From NCBI GenBank assembly GCA_963714635.1, contig CAVQPM010000005.1:200852-264851 (forward strand): DNA of 64,000 bases, given 5' to 3'. The stretch comes from an uncultured Solirubrobacterales bacterium (GTDB lineage: Bacteria > Actinomycetota > Thermoleophilia > Solirubrobacterales > Solirubrobacteraceae). Position numbers and translations under genes: made by a program. The stretch's first letter is position 1, and each line of letters opens with the position of its first letter. The notes under the pieces are model-generated. The model saw only the letters and a list, made by a program, of their open reading frames with translations. It was not told where the DNA came from and made no database searches. Shown here one piece after another: positions 52,622 through 61,566 of the stretch.

Positions 52622-53932
52622 GTGCGAGGGATCGGCCATGTCGGCTTTCAGCGTGCCTCCCCGAACGGGGTGAGGCTCGCCCATGGCCTCGAACGCTCCC
52701 CCACGCCACTTCCGCCGGTGCAGGAGTCCCCCGCGGCACGCCGCCTGACCGCGCTGATCGGCGGCGGGCCCGCAAACGGAAGCTCGAGCTCGGGGCAGCC
52801 GACACCTTCCACGCCCCCGAACAACCGGCGCCCGCGCCGGGGGCTGTTTCTCCGCTGGGCGCCGGTGCTCGCCCTGCCCATGCTCGGGGCGATCGGAGCG
52901 CTCGTCGCGGGCGGCCCCGCGCCGACGGCCGCCGGCGTGCTCGTGCTCGTCGCCGTCGCCTGCCTGTCGGGCTGGCGCCTTGGCGAGGATCGCCGCAGGG
53001 CTCTCCAGCGAGAGGTCGACGAACGCAACGATGATCTTCGCCGGGCGCTCTCCGAGCTCGAGATAGCTCAGGCCGAGACGGTGCGCCGCCTCTCGATGGC
53101 GGTCGAGTTTCGCGATGAGGACACGGGCGCGCACATCGAGCGCATCGGGCGCTTCGCGACGCTGCTCGCCGAGCACGTCGGCATGAGCGCCGAGTTCTGC
53201 CGGCGCATCAGGCACGCCGCGCCGCTGCACGACGTCGGCAAGGTGGCGATCCCCGACTCGATCCTGCTCAAGCCCGGGCCGCTCACGGCCGAAGAGCGCG
53301 CGATCGTCGAGACCCACGCCGAGGAGGGTCATCGCCTGCTGCGCGGCTCCTCCTCCTCGATCCTCGACATGGCGGCGACGATCGCCCTGTCCCACCACGA
53401 GCGCTGGGACGGCAACGGCTACCCGCGCGGGCTGGCCGGCGAGGAGATTCCGATCGAGGGGCGGATCGTCGCGATCGCCGACGTGTTCGACGCGCTGACG
53501 AGCGACCGCATCTATCGCGAGGCGTTTCCCGTCGAGCGGGCGACCGCGATGATGCGTGACCAGTCGGGCCTTCAGTTCGACCCGGTGCTCCTGAAGGCCT
53601 TCATGGAGGTGCTCGGCAGCTCGGGAGCCGATGCGCGCATGAGGGCGCGCAGCGATCGTCACGCGCTGCTCGCCAGCGTGTTCGATGCCTACACGCAGGC
53701 GATCCGGCGTGGCGACGCCGAGGCGGCGGAGGGGGCCATCGCCGCGGCGATCGAGGACGGGATCGAGCCGGCCATCCTGCGCGGCGAGGTGATCGCCCCC
53801 GCGATGAGCCGCATCGGCGAGCTGTGGGAGACCGGCGAGATCGACGCCGATGCGGAGAGGCTGGCGAGCAGCATCACCAGGCGAGTGCTGGCCACGATGA
53901 ACCGCTACATGCTCGCGCACGGCGAGCAGTAG
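52622..53932 (+). CDS. membrane-associated HD-GYP phosphodiesterase with a C-terminal B12-binding-cap-like helical domain
   Basis: HDVGKVAIPD ... HHERWDGNGYP (HD-GYP). C-terminal FDAYTQAIRRGDAEAAEGAIAAAIEDGIEPAILRGEVIAPAMSRIGELWETGEI resembles the B12-binding_2 cap. Start uncertain (GTG 52622 or ATG 52880). Confidence 0.78.
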   Translation: MRGIGHVGFQRASPNGVRLAHGLERSPTPLPPVQESPAARRLTALIGGGPANGSSSSGQPTPSTPPNNRRPRRGLFLRWAPVLALPMLGAIGALVAGGPAPTAAGVLVLVAVACLSGWRLGEDRRRALQREVDERNDDLRRALSELEIAQAETVRRLSMAVEFRDEDTGAHIERIGRFATLLAEHVGMSAEFCRRIRHAAPLHDVGKVAIPDSILLKPGPLTAEERAIVETHAEEGHRLLRGSSSSILDMAATIALSHHERWDGNGYPRGLAGEEIPIEGRIVAIADVFDALTSDRIYREAFPVERATAMMRDQSGLQFDPVLLKAFMEVLGSSGADARMRARSDRHALLASVFDAYTQAIRRGDAEAAEGAIAAAIEDGIEPAILRGEVIAPAMSRIGELWETGEIDADAERLASSITRRVLATMNRYMLAHGEQ

Positions 53933-54007
53933 CCCGCCGAGCCTCTCCGGCTCGCTCTCCTCGCCGCCGGGTTGCACGGCCCGCCCGGTCGAGCGCGAAG
54001 CCTCCGC

Positions 54008-54967
54008 ATGAGCGCTCCCGCTAGATTCCCCGCGATGCCGGGACGAGCGATAGTGACGGGCGGCGCGGGCTTCATCGGCTCGCACGTCGTCGACGCGTTG
54101 CTGCAGAGCGGCCATCAGGTGACGGTCATCGACGATCTCTCCAGCGGAAGACGCGCCAACGTGTCCTCGCAGGCGCGTCTGTGTGAGCTCGACATCGTCG
54201 ATCGAGCCGCGCTCGAGAAGGTCTTCGACGAGGTGCGGCCCGCCGCCGTCTACCACCTGGCGGCGCAGGCGAGCGTCACCGCGTCCGTCTCCGACCCGGC
54301 GCGCGACTGCGCCGTGAACGTGCTCGGGACTCTGAACGTCGTGGATGCGGCGACCAGGCTGGGCGCCCCGGTGGTGTTCACCTCGACGGGGGGCGCCCTC
54401 TACGGCGACGACGCCCCGCTGCCCACGTCCGAGGAGCGCATACCGGCCCCGCTCGCCCCCTACGGCGCATCGAAGTGGGCGGCCGAGGCGTATGTGAACA
54501 CGTGGTCGCTCTCGTCCGGCGTGCCCCACGCGGTGTGCCGTCTCGGCAACGTGTACGGGCCGCGCCAGAGCCCCCACGGCGAGGCGGGGGTCGTGGCGAT
54601 CTTCTCAGACCATCTGCACGAGGGACGCCCCCCGAAGATGTTCGGCCACGGCACGCCCACGCGCGACTACATCTACGTCGGGGACGTCGTCTCCGCGCTG
54701 ATGGCGGCCAGCGGCAGGCGCGGCACGTTCAACATCGCCACCGGCGTCGAGACGGACGTGAAGACGCTGTGGGAGGTGCTGAAGGCCGCCGCCGGGTCGG
54801 ACGTGGAGCCCACGCTCGCCGATCTGAGGCCGGGAGAGCTGAAACGTTCATGCCTCGACTGCTCGAGGGCGCAAGACGAGCTCGGCTGGCGGGCGAGCGT
54901 GGCGGTGGAGGACGGCTTGAAGCGCACATACGAGGCGCTCATCGAGGAATTCGCGCGGGCGAGCTGA
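54008..54967 (+). CDS. NAD-dependent sugar epimerase/dehydratase (GalE-like SDR)
   Basis: VTGGAGFIGSH, and the YGASK catalytic motif. Alternative start 54035. Confidence 0.88.
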   Translation: MSAPARFPAMPGRAIVTGGAGFIGSHVVDALLQSGHQVTVIDDLSSGRRANVSSQARLCELDIVDRAALEKVFDEVRPAAVYHLAAQASVTASVSDPARDCAVNVLGTLNVVDAATRLGAPVVFTSTGGALYGDDAPLPTSEERIPAPLAPYGASKWAAEAYVNTWSLSSGVPHAVCRLGNVYGPRQSPHGEAGVVAIFSDHLHEGRPPKMFGHGTPTRDYIYVGDVVSALMAASGRRGTFNIATGVETDVKTLWEVLKAAAGSDVEPTLADLRPGELKRSCLDCSRAQDELGWRASVAVEDGLKRTYEALIEEFARAS

Positions 54968-55029
54968 CCGGCGGCGAGCGGGCGATTTGGCCCGCGCGGT
55001 TGGGAACACGGCTCAGGCGGCTGAGCTGC

Positions 55030-56415
55030 TCACTTCGTTCGAGCCCGCACGACGACGCGCGCGCCGCGCGCGGGGATCATCGTGACGTTGCGGTGCTGGG
55101 CGTGCTCTGGCTCGGGCCGGTCGGCTTCCAGGTCGAGCCGCCGTGTCATCGCCTCGAGCACGACCCGCTGCTCTGCCATCGCGAGCGCCGCGCCGAGACA
55201 GCGGCGGGTGCCGCCGCCGAACGGTATCCACTCATAAGTGCCCGGAGTCCGGTCGAGCCAGCGCTCCGGGCGGAACGCGAACGGCTCCGGGTAGAGGTCC
55301 TCCCGATGGTGGAGCAGCAGGATGCTGATGCTGACTCCCTGGCCCGCGGGCACGACGTAGTCGCCGAGTCGCCACGGCACGGCTACCCGCCGGCCGATGA
55401 TCGGGATCACCGGGCGTGAGCGCATGCCCTCGACGATCGCCGCCTCGACATGCTCCTCGGCCTGCGTCTCTGAGCGCACGGCGTCGCGCAGGCGCTCATA
55501 GGCGGCGGGTGTGCGCACGAGCCGCTCCCACGTCCAGGCGAGCGAGTTCGCGGTCGTCTCGAAGCCGGCGAGCACGAGCGTCAAGAGCTCGTCGCGCAGC
55601 TCATCGTCGGTCATCTGCTCGCCGTCCTCGCTCCTTGCGCGCAGCAGGAGCGAGAGGATGTCGCCGCGCTCCTCCAGATCGGCGGCTGCTCGCCGCTTGG
55701 CGATCAAGGGGTATGTGGCGCGGTCGAGCAGCTTCACCGCTTGGCGCATCAGTCCACGGGGCTCCTCGCGCCCGAGGTTCGTGAGTTCAGAGAACAGCGC
55801 CAGCGGCGACGTCGAGGTGTTCGCGAGCTGCGTGACGGTTGCGCGCAGCCGATGCTCAGCGCTCCCTCGCGCAGCAGCGCCGTCGATGCCGAAGATGCCC
55901 GACATGATCACCTCGAGCGTGATCGCCTGCATCTTCGGCGCGAGCGCGAAGGGACGCCCCACCGGCCAGCGGTCGAGCTCGCGTTCGGCGACGTCGCGGA
56001 TCATCTCGGTGTAGCGCTCGATCGCCTCGCCGTGGAACGGTGGGAGCAGCAGCCGGCGCTGGCGCAGATGGTTCGGTTCGTTGGCGGTCAGCACCGAGTT
56101 CGGGCCCACGATCGGCCGCAACGGGGACTCGGCTGTCAGTGACGGCACCAGCTCGGGCTTGGCGGTGAACAGCGAGCGCGCGTGGTCCGGATGATCGGTA
56201 ACGACGGTTCCTCCGGGGATCACGACGAAGCGCAGCATGAAGGTGCCGCCGAGCTCGCGCCGGGCGCGGAACACGAGCTGGATCTGACGCTGAGCGAACC
56301 GCAGCGTCTGCGCCATCCGAGGGAGCGGGATCTCCGGAGGGAGGTTCAGCGGCTCGGCCGGGTCCGCGGGGCCGGCCGGGGAGGGTGGGATTTCTGTCTG
56401 GGTCAGCGTGGGCAT
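55030..56415 (-). CDS. cytochrome P450
   Basis: Heme-binding loop FGGGTRRCLGAALA, the ExxR motif (ETLR-type region), and the AGFETT I-helix. Confidence 0.9.
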   Translation of the reverse strand: MPTLTQTEIPPSPAGPADPAEPLNLPPEIPLPRMAQTLRFAQRQIQLVFRARRELGGTFMLRFVVIPGGTVVTDHPDHARSLFTAKPELVPSLTAESPLRPIVGPNSVLTANEPNHLRQRRLLLPPFHGEAIERYTEMIRDVAERELDRWPVGRPFALAPKMQAITLEVIMSGIFGIDGAAARGSAEHRLRATVTQLANTSTSPLALFSELTNLGREEPRGLMRQAVKLLDRATYPLIAKRRAAADLEERGDILSLLLRARSEDGEQMTDDELRDELLTLVLAGFETTANSLAWTWERLVRTPAAYERLRDAVRSETQAEEHVEAAIVEGMRSRPVIPIIGRRVAVPWRLGDYVVPAGQGVSISILLLHHREDLYPEPFAFRPERWLDRTPGTYEWIPFGGGTRRCLGAALAMAEQRVVLEAMTRRLDLEADRPEPEHAQHRNVTMIPARGARVVVRARTK

Positions 56416-56509
56416 GCCCAGGGAATGTAGTGCTCAAGAACCGCGAGCAGCTCTGCGCGCCGCAGTCGCGCTCGACTCAATACCGCCTATGAGCAGGCAA
56501 TAGACCGCA

Positions 56510-56582
56510 TGGCCAGACCCAGATTCGAACTGGGGACACCACGATTTTCAGTCGTGTGCTCTACCAACTGAGCTATCTGGCC
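56510..56582 (-). tRNA. tRNA-Phe (GAA)
   Basis: Hand-folded cloverleaf: acceptor GGCCAGA/TCTGGCC, D-arm GCTC-AGTTGGTA-GAGC, anticodon arm CACGA-CTGAAAA-TCGTG, T-arm CCCAG-TTCGAAT-CTGGG, discriminator A. No encoded CCA. Confidence 0.9.
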
Positions 56583-56666
56583 GCAGGGTTCTGATCGTAT
56601 CGATTCGCTGGGCGACATCGACTCGATCGTCGGACGTTCTTGGGTCCTCACCCGCCAATCCGCGGC

Positions 56667-56780
56667 GTGAGGTTGCTGCTGGACGAGATGTGGACGCCGA
56701 CGATCGCGCTCCAACTGCGCAAGCGCGACTTCGACGTGACCTCCGGTGCATGCGGGTCGTTATGGCTGGCCCGCATGTAG
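56667..56780 (+). pseudogene. truncated DUF5615/PIN-like toxin N-terminal remnant
   Basis: VRLLLDEMWTPTIALQLRKRDFDVT... matches the recalled LLDENLxPxLAxxLRxxGHDV start of DUF5615 proteins. It stops after 37 codons. Confidence 0.3.
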
Positions 56781-56806
56781 TTCGTTTCGCGCTACAGTAC
56801 CAGCGT

Positions 56807-57055
56807 ATGGCAGCTGCGCATCCACTCTCATTGCGGCTCGGTCGCGAGGGCATCGATGCGCTCGACGAGATCGCTCGCCAGCGTGGTGTGAGCCGTGCCG
56901 AGGCGGCGCGACAGGCAATCACCGAGACCGCGCGGCGCGAGCGCCGACTCAGCGGCCTGGCGGCCGAGGCCAGGAGGCTCATGGAAGACGAGCGCTACGT
57001 GCAGGAGGCGCGTGAGGTCGCCGAGTTGATGGAGCAGCTGCGTGGTCCGTGGTGA
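56807..57055 (+). CDS. ribbon-helix-helix (CopG/MazE-like) antitoxin
   Basis: LSLRLGREGIDALDEIARQRGVSRAEAARQAI is an RHH pattern. Overlaps the downstream mazF-like gene by 14 nt. Confidence 0.65.
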   Translation: MAAAHPLSLRLGREGIDALDEIARQRGVSRAEAARQAITETARRERRLSGLAAEARRLMEDERYVQEAREVAELMEQLRGPW

Positions 57056-57359
57056 CGTGCACGAGATCACATTGCCGCGCCGGCGCGGCCACGTGCAGCA
57101 TGGACGTCGCTATGCGGTGATCGTCCAGGCAGACGATCTGTTGTCGTTGTCGACCGCAGTCGTATGCCCTACATCATCTGCCGTCTTCGCCGCCAGCTTT
57201 CATCCGCAGATCACACTGCTTGGCAAGCCGACGCAAGTCCTTTGCGAGATGGTCGGCGCCGTCGATGCGCGGGCGCTTGGCAAGCATGTCGACCATCTGA
57301 CCCTCAATGAGATGCGCGATGTCGAGGACGCCCTGGCGCTCGTGCTCGATCTGCGCTGA
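57042..57359 (+). CDS. mazF: MazF/PemK-family type II toxin (endoribonuclease)
   Basis: RGDVHEITLP....GHVQHGRRYAVIVQAD ... VVCPTSS. PemK-like layout, 105 aa. Confidence 0.8.
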   Translation: MVRGDVHEITLPRRRGHVQHGRRYAVIVQADDLLSLSTAVVCPTSSAVFAASFHPQITLLGKPTQVLCEMVGAVDARALGKHVDHLTLNEMRDVEDALALVLDLR

Positions 57360-57449
57360 GCGGGCTAACGACGAATTCGACAGCGGCACATTGGGAAGCC
57401 TGCGCGTCGCATTGAGCCGGGTCGCTTGATCGACCGGACGCGGCCTTCC

Positions 57450-58316
57450 CTACGGCCGTGACACCCCAACCCGATGCCCGAGCACCCGCCCGCTCGGCAG
57501 CTGCACATACGTCTCGGAGACGTCGTTGCGGTGGTTTGACTCCCGCAGGTGATTGTCGGGATCGGCGATCTGGACGTAGGCGAAGCGGCCGTGCAGCCCG
57601 GTCACGTCGATCCACTGTTCGGGGTACTCGTAGGGATAGATGTCCGACCAGCCGACGGACGTGCCGAGCACGTCGCGCTTGATGTACGGGCTCTGGCTGC
57701 ACCCGGGATATACGAACGCTCTCGGCGAGTCTCGCGAGGGGAAGGTGCGGAGCAGATCGCGCAGGCAGTAGTCGACCTTGGGGCCGGTGCGTATGAGATT
57801 GATCGCGTGCAGATGCGCGTCCACCGACCACAGCTGAAAGGCGGCGGCGTGCCGCAGCTTCCAGTAGCTGAGGTTTTCGACGGTCGGATTTTCGTAGCGG
57901 TAGCCCGGGATGTACTTGTAGATCAGTTTGGCCGCCGTCCTGAACAGGTGCGCTTTGCCGTGGCGGCCGTAGACCGCCTGGTAGACGACTGTGCCGTACC
58001 GGCCCGTGCGATGCGCCCGCAGCTCGAGCGGACCGCTGCCGTGGTTGTTGATCGAGCTCGCCGCCCGCAGCAGGACGCGCCCGTGAATCGTCGTGCGGTC
58101 GATGTGAAGATCGAACGGGGCCGACATGATCAAATCGGGGCAGCGCAGGCGCACCGGGCAGCTCGGTGCGCTCGGCGGTTCCGGCGGCGCCGTGCCCCCT
58201 GCCGGCTGTCCGGTGGCGCCCGCGAGGCCCGTCGAGAGGCATAGGGCGAGCGCGAGCAGTGAGGCGCTCACAGCGCCGGCGCGGCGGCGAGACTTTGACC
58301 CGGCGGTGGAAACCAT
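57450..58316 (-). CDS. secreted lysyl-oxidase-like domain protein
   Basis: Signal peptide. RVLLRAASSINNHGSGPL, PKVDYCLRD and GWSDIYPYEYPEQWIDVTG align by eye with recalled human LOX segments RVLLRFPQRVKNQGTSDF, HKASFCLED and GCYDTYGADIDCQWIDITD. Confidence 0.5.
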   Translation of the reverse strand: MVSTAGSKSRRRAGAVSASLLALALCLSTGLAGATGQPAGGTAPPEPPSAPSCPVRLRCPDLIMSAPFDLHIDRTTIHGRVLLRAASSINNHGSGPLELRAHRTGRYGTVVYQAVYGRHGKAHLFRTAAKLIYKYIPGYRYENPTVENLSYWKLRHAAAFQLWSVDAHLHAINLIRTGPKVDYCLRDLLRTFPSRDSPRAFVYPGCSQSPYIKRDVLGTSVGWSDIYPYEYPEQWIDVTGLHGRFAYVQIADPDNHLRESNHRNDVSETYVQLPSGRVLGHRVGVSRP

Positions 58317-58339
58317 GCTCGAATAGCATTGCGCCTCCC

Positions 58340-59647
58340 GTGGCGCGCGTGCTTGTAGCCGATCTCAAATCCCAGCTTGACCAGACGGTCACGCTGCGTG
58401 GTTGGGTTCATGCGATCCGCGACCAGAAGCGGGTGCAGTTCTTGGTCATGCGCGACGAGACGGGGCTCGTCCAGCTCGTGCACTCCAGGGACGGGGAGCA
58501 GGACGAGCTGAGCGAGCGGATCTCCTCTCTCACGCCCGAGTCCGCGATCTCGATCACGGGGCTTGTCGTTGCCGATGAGCGCGTCAAGCTCGGCGGGCTG
58601 GAGGTGCAGCTGCACAGTCTTTCGGTCGACTCCCCCGCCGAGCCGGAACTGCCGGTGACCGTCGAGTCCTCGCTCGACAAGCGCATCGACTGGCGCTATA
58701 TCGACCTGCGCCGGCCCGACAGGCGTCTGATCTTCGAGGTGCAGAGCACCGTGGAGCACGCCATGCGCGAGCACTGGCGCAGAGAGGGATTCATCGAGAT
58801 CCACACCCCCAAGCTGATGGGCTCGGCGAGCGAGTCGGGCGCCGAGCTGTTCAAGGTCGACTACTTCGACGGCAACGCCTATCTCGCCCAGTCGCCCCAG
58901 TTCTACAAGCAGATGGCGATGGCCGGCGGCTTCGGCAAGGTGTTCGAGATCGGCCCGGTCTTCAGGGCCAACCCGTCGTTCACCTCACGCCACGACACCG
59001 AGTTCACGAGCGTCGATGTGGAGATCTCCTGGATCGACTCCCACGAGGACGTGATGGCCTTCGAGGAGCGCTGGCTTGCGGACGTGCTCGGCGTCGTTGC
59101 GCGCGAGCACGGCGAGCGGATCGCGCAGACGTTCGGCACGGAGGTGAGCGTGCCCGAGCTGCCCTTCCCGCGGATGACACTCGAAGAGGCCAAGGACCTG
59201 CTGCGCGCCCACGATCACGAGCCGCCCGGGCCGGGCGACGACCTCGATCCTCCGAGCGAGCGCGAGCTGTCGGCAATCGTCAAGCGCACGCTCGGCAGCG
59301 AGTTCGTGTTCGTCACCGACTACCCCACCACGGTCAGGCCCTTCTACCACATGCGCCATCCCGATCGGCCCGACCTGACGAGGAGCTTCGATCTGCTCTG
59401 GCGCGGGATCGAGCTGACGACCGGCGCGCAGCGCGAGCACCGCTACGAGCAGCTACTCGCCCAGGCGCGCGAGAAGGACGTCGAGATCGCCTCGATCGGC
59501 TACTACCTCGACTTCTTCCGCTACGGCGCCCCGCCTCACGGCGGCTTCGGCTTCGGGCTGACCCGCCTGCTCATGCAGATGCTCGGTCAGGACAACGTGC
59601 GCGAGGTCACGTTCCTGTATCGAGGGCCGAACCGGCTGGCGCCGTAG
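58340..59647 (+). CDS. aspS: aspartate--tRNA ligase, archaeal/type 2 short form
   Basis: OB-fold start VTLRGWVHAIRDQKRVQFLVMRD. Class II motifs FRAN..FTSRHDTEF and GAPPHGGFGFGLTRL. Start set to GTG 58340. Confidence 0.9.
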   Translation: MARVLVADLKSQLDQTVTLRGWVHAIRDQKRVQFLVMRDETGLVQLVHSRDGEQDELSERISSLTPESAISITGLVVADERVKLGGLEVQLHSLSVDSPAEPELPVTVESSLDKRIDWRYIDLRRPDRRLIFEVQSTVEHAMREHWRREGFIEIHTPKLMGSASESGAELFKVDYFDGNAYLAQSPQFYKQMAMAGGFGKVFEIGPVFRANPSFTSRHDTEFTSVDVEISWIDSHEDVMAFEERWLADVLGVVAREHGERIAQTFGTEVSVPELPFPRMTLEEAKDLLRAHDHEPPGPGDDLDPPSERELSAIVKRTLGSEFVFVTDYPTTVRPFYHMRHPDRPDLTRSFDLLWRGIELTTGAQREHRYEQLLAQAREKDVEIASIGYYLDFFRYGAPPHGGFGFGLTRLLMQMLGQDNVREVTFLYRGPNRLAP

Positions 59648-61538
59648 CGCTCAACAGGTTTGCCCGTCTGCGGGCAGCTCGTACGGCCGCGGTGAGCGTT
59701 TCGATGTCATAGGCGCCGTGGTGGCGGCGGCCGTTGATGAAGAAGCTCGGCGTGCCGGACACTCCGCTCGCGTCCGCGCTCGCCACGTCCTCGGCCACGC
59801 GCGGGTAGTGCACGTGGTGGCGAAGCTCCTCCAGGAAGCGCTCCCCGTCCAGGCCGAGATCCTGCGCGTGGCGCCTCAGGTCCGGCGGGTCGAGCGCGTC
59901 CTGGTTGGCCAGCAGCGTGTCGTACATCTCCCAGAACGCGCCCTGCTCGGCGGCGGCCTCCGAGGCCTCGGCCGCGAGCTGCGCTTGCATGTGGACGTCG
60001 CCGAGCGGCAAATGGCGCCACACGTAGCGCAGCTCATCGCCGAAAGACACCATCAGCTCGCGCACGACGGACTCCGCACGGCCGCAGTAGGGGCACTCGA
60101 AATCGCCGTACTCCACGAGCGTCACCGGAGCGTCGTGCGGCCCGCGAATGTGGTCGCGCGCAGGGTCCACGTCGTCGGCGAGGTCCAGTATCTCGCCGGC
60201 CGTGCCCGCGATCTGGCGGGCCCGAACGCGCGCCGGCAGCCGCTTCACGACCGCGAACACGCACCATGCCAGCAGCGGCGCCACCACCGCCGCTGCCAGT
60301 ACGCCCAGCTTCGCCTCCTCCAGGCGCCGGCCGCTGAAGGCGAGGCTCGAGATCAGCAGCGACACCGTGAACCCGATGCCCGCCACCGCGCCCGCGCCGG
60401 CGATCAGCGGCCGGCTCAACGCCGGTCGCCCTCCGCGCAGCACCGGTTGCGCCGCAAGCCAGGTGGCGCCGAATATCCCGAGCGGCTTGCCCGCCACATA
60501 CGCGACCAGGATGCCGATCGTGACCGGGGAGGCGATCGCGTCGCCGAGCAGGCCGCCGCTGAGGTGAACACCCGCGTTGGCGAGCGCGAACAGCGGCACG
60601 AACACGTAGCTTGTCCACGGGTGCAGTGCGTACTGCAGGCGCTCGTTCGGCGAGATCGCCGACAGCACTCCCCGCTGCGCCGAGCGCGCCAGCCCCGCGG
60701 TCGGCTGCTCGCGAAAGGAGCGCGTCAGCGCGGTCGCCCGCTCCAGGTCCTCCCGCGAGGGCGGATAGGCGCTGGTCGCCAGGCCGACCGCCAAGCCCGC
60801 GATCACAGGGTCCACACCGGATTCCAGCAACGCCACCCACAACGCCACGCCCACCACCACGGAGAGCCGGCGTCGCCAGGATGCGGGCGCGTAGCGCAGC
60901 GCGAGCAACAGCCCGAACAATCCGATCGCCACGGCCAGCGCAACCGGGGAGATGTGCCCGGCGTAGGCGGTCGCGATCACCACCAGCGCGCCGAGGTCGT
61001 CCACGACGGCGAGCGTCAGCAAAAACACTCTCAGCCGCGTCGCGCTGCGCGGAGCGATCAGCGCGAGCGCGCCCAGCGCGAACGCGGTGTCGGTCGACAT
61101 CGCGGCGCCCCAGCCGTTTGCGCCGGGACCGCCGGCGTTGAAGGCCAGATAGACGGCGACGGGAACGGCCATCCCGCCGATCGCCGCCACCACCGGGATC
61201 GCCAGCCGCCGGCGCTCGCGCAGCTCGCCCATGTCGAGCTCGCGCTTTGCCTCGAGCCCAACCACGAGGAAGAAGAACGTCATCAGCCCCTCGTTCACCC
61301 ACCTTCGCAGCTCCATCGAGATCCCGCCGCCGCCGATCCTGATCGACAGGGTCGTGCTCCACAGCGACTCATAGGAGTGCGACGACGGCCAGTTCGCCCA
61401 GATGAGCGCAGCGATCGTCGCCCCCAGCAGCGCCATCGCGCTGCCCGTCTCCGTGCTCAGGAAGTCACGAACCGGCGCCGCGAGATTCCGCGCCCAGGCC
61501 GTTCGGCCGCTGAACGACGTTGCTCGCGCCTGCGCCAT
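59607..61538 (-). CDS. nhaA: NhaA Na+/H+ antiporter fused to a C-terminal DsbA-like thioredoxin domain
   Basis: NhaA signature FFFLVVGLEAKRELDMGEL, polytopic. C-terminal YGDFECPYCGRAE (DsbA-type CxxC). The 3' end overlaps aspS by 41 nt, convergent. Confidence 0.88.
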   Translation of the reverse strand: MAQARATSFSGRTAWARNLAAPVRDFLSTETGSAMALLGATIAALIWANWPSSHSYESLWSTTLSIRIGGGGISMELRRWVNEGLMTFFFLVVGLEAKRELDMGELRERRRLAIPVVAAIGGMAVPVAVYLAFNAGGPGANGWGAAMSTDTAFALGALALIAPRSATRLRVFLLTLAVVDDLGALVVIATAYAGHISPVALAVAIGLFGLLLALRYAPASWRRRLSVVVGVALWVALLESGVDPVIAGLAVGLATSAYPPSREDLERATALTRSFREQPTAGLARSAQRGVLSAISPNERLQYALHPWTSYVFVPLFALANAGVHLSGGLLGDAIASPVTIGILVAYVAGKPLGIFGATWLAAQPVLRGGRPALSRPLIAGAGAVAGIGFTVSLLISSLAFSGRRLEEAKLGVLAAAVVAPLLAWCVFAVVKRLPARVRARQIAGTAGEILDLADDVDPARDHIRGPHDAPVTLVEYGDFECPYCGRAESVVRELMVSFGDELRYVWRHLPLGDVHMQAQLAAEASEAAAEQGAFWEMYDTLLANQDALDPPDLRRHAQDLGLDGERFLEELRHHVHYPRVAEDVASADASGVSGTPSFFINGRRHHGAYDIETLTAAVRAARRRANLLSATAPAGSALDTGT

Positions 61539-61566
61539 ATCCTCGCGATTATCGCGCTACGCGCCT

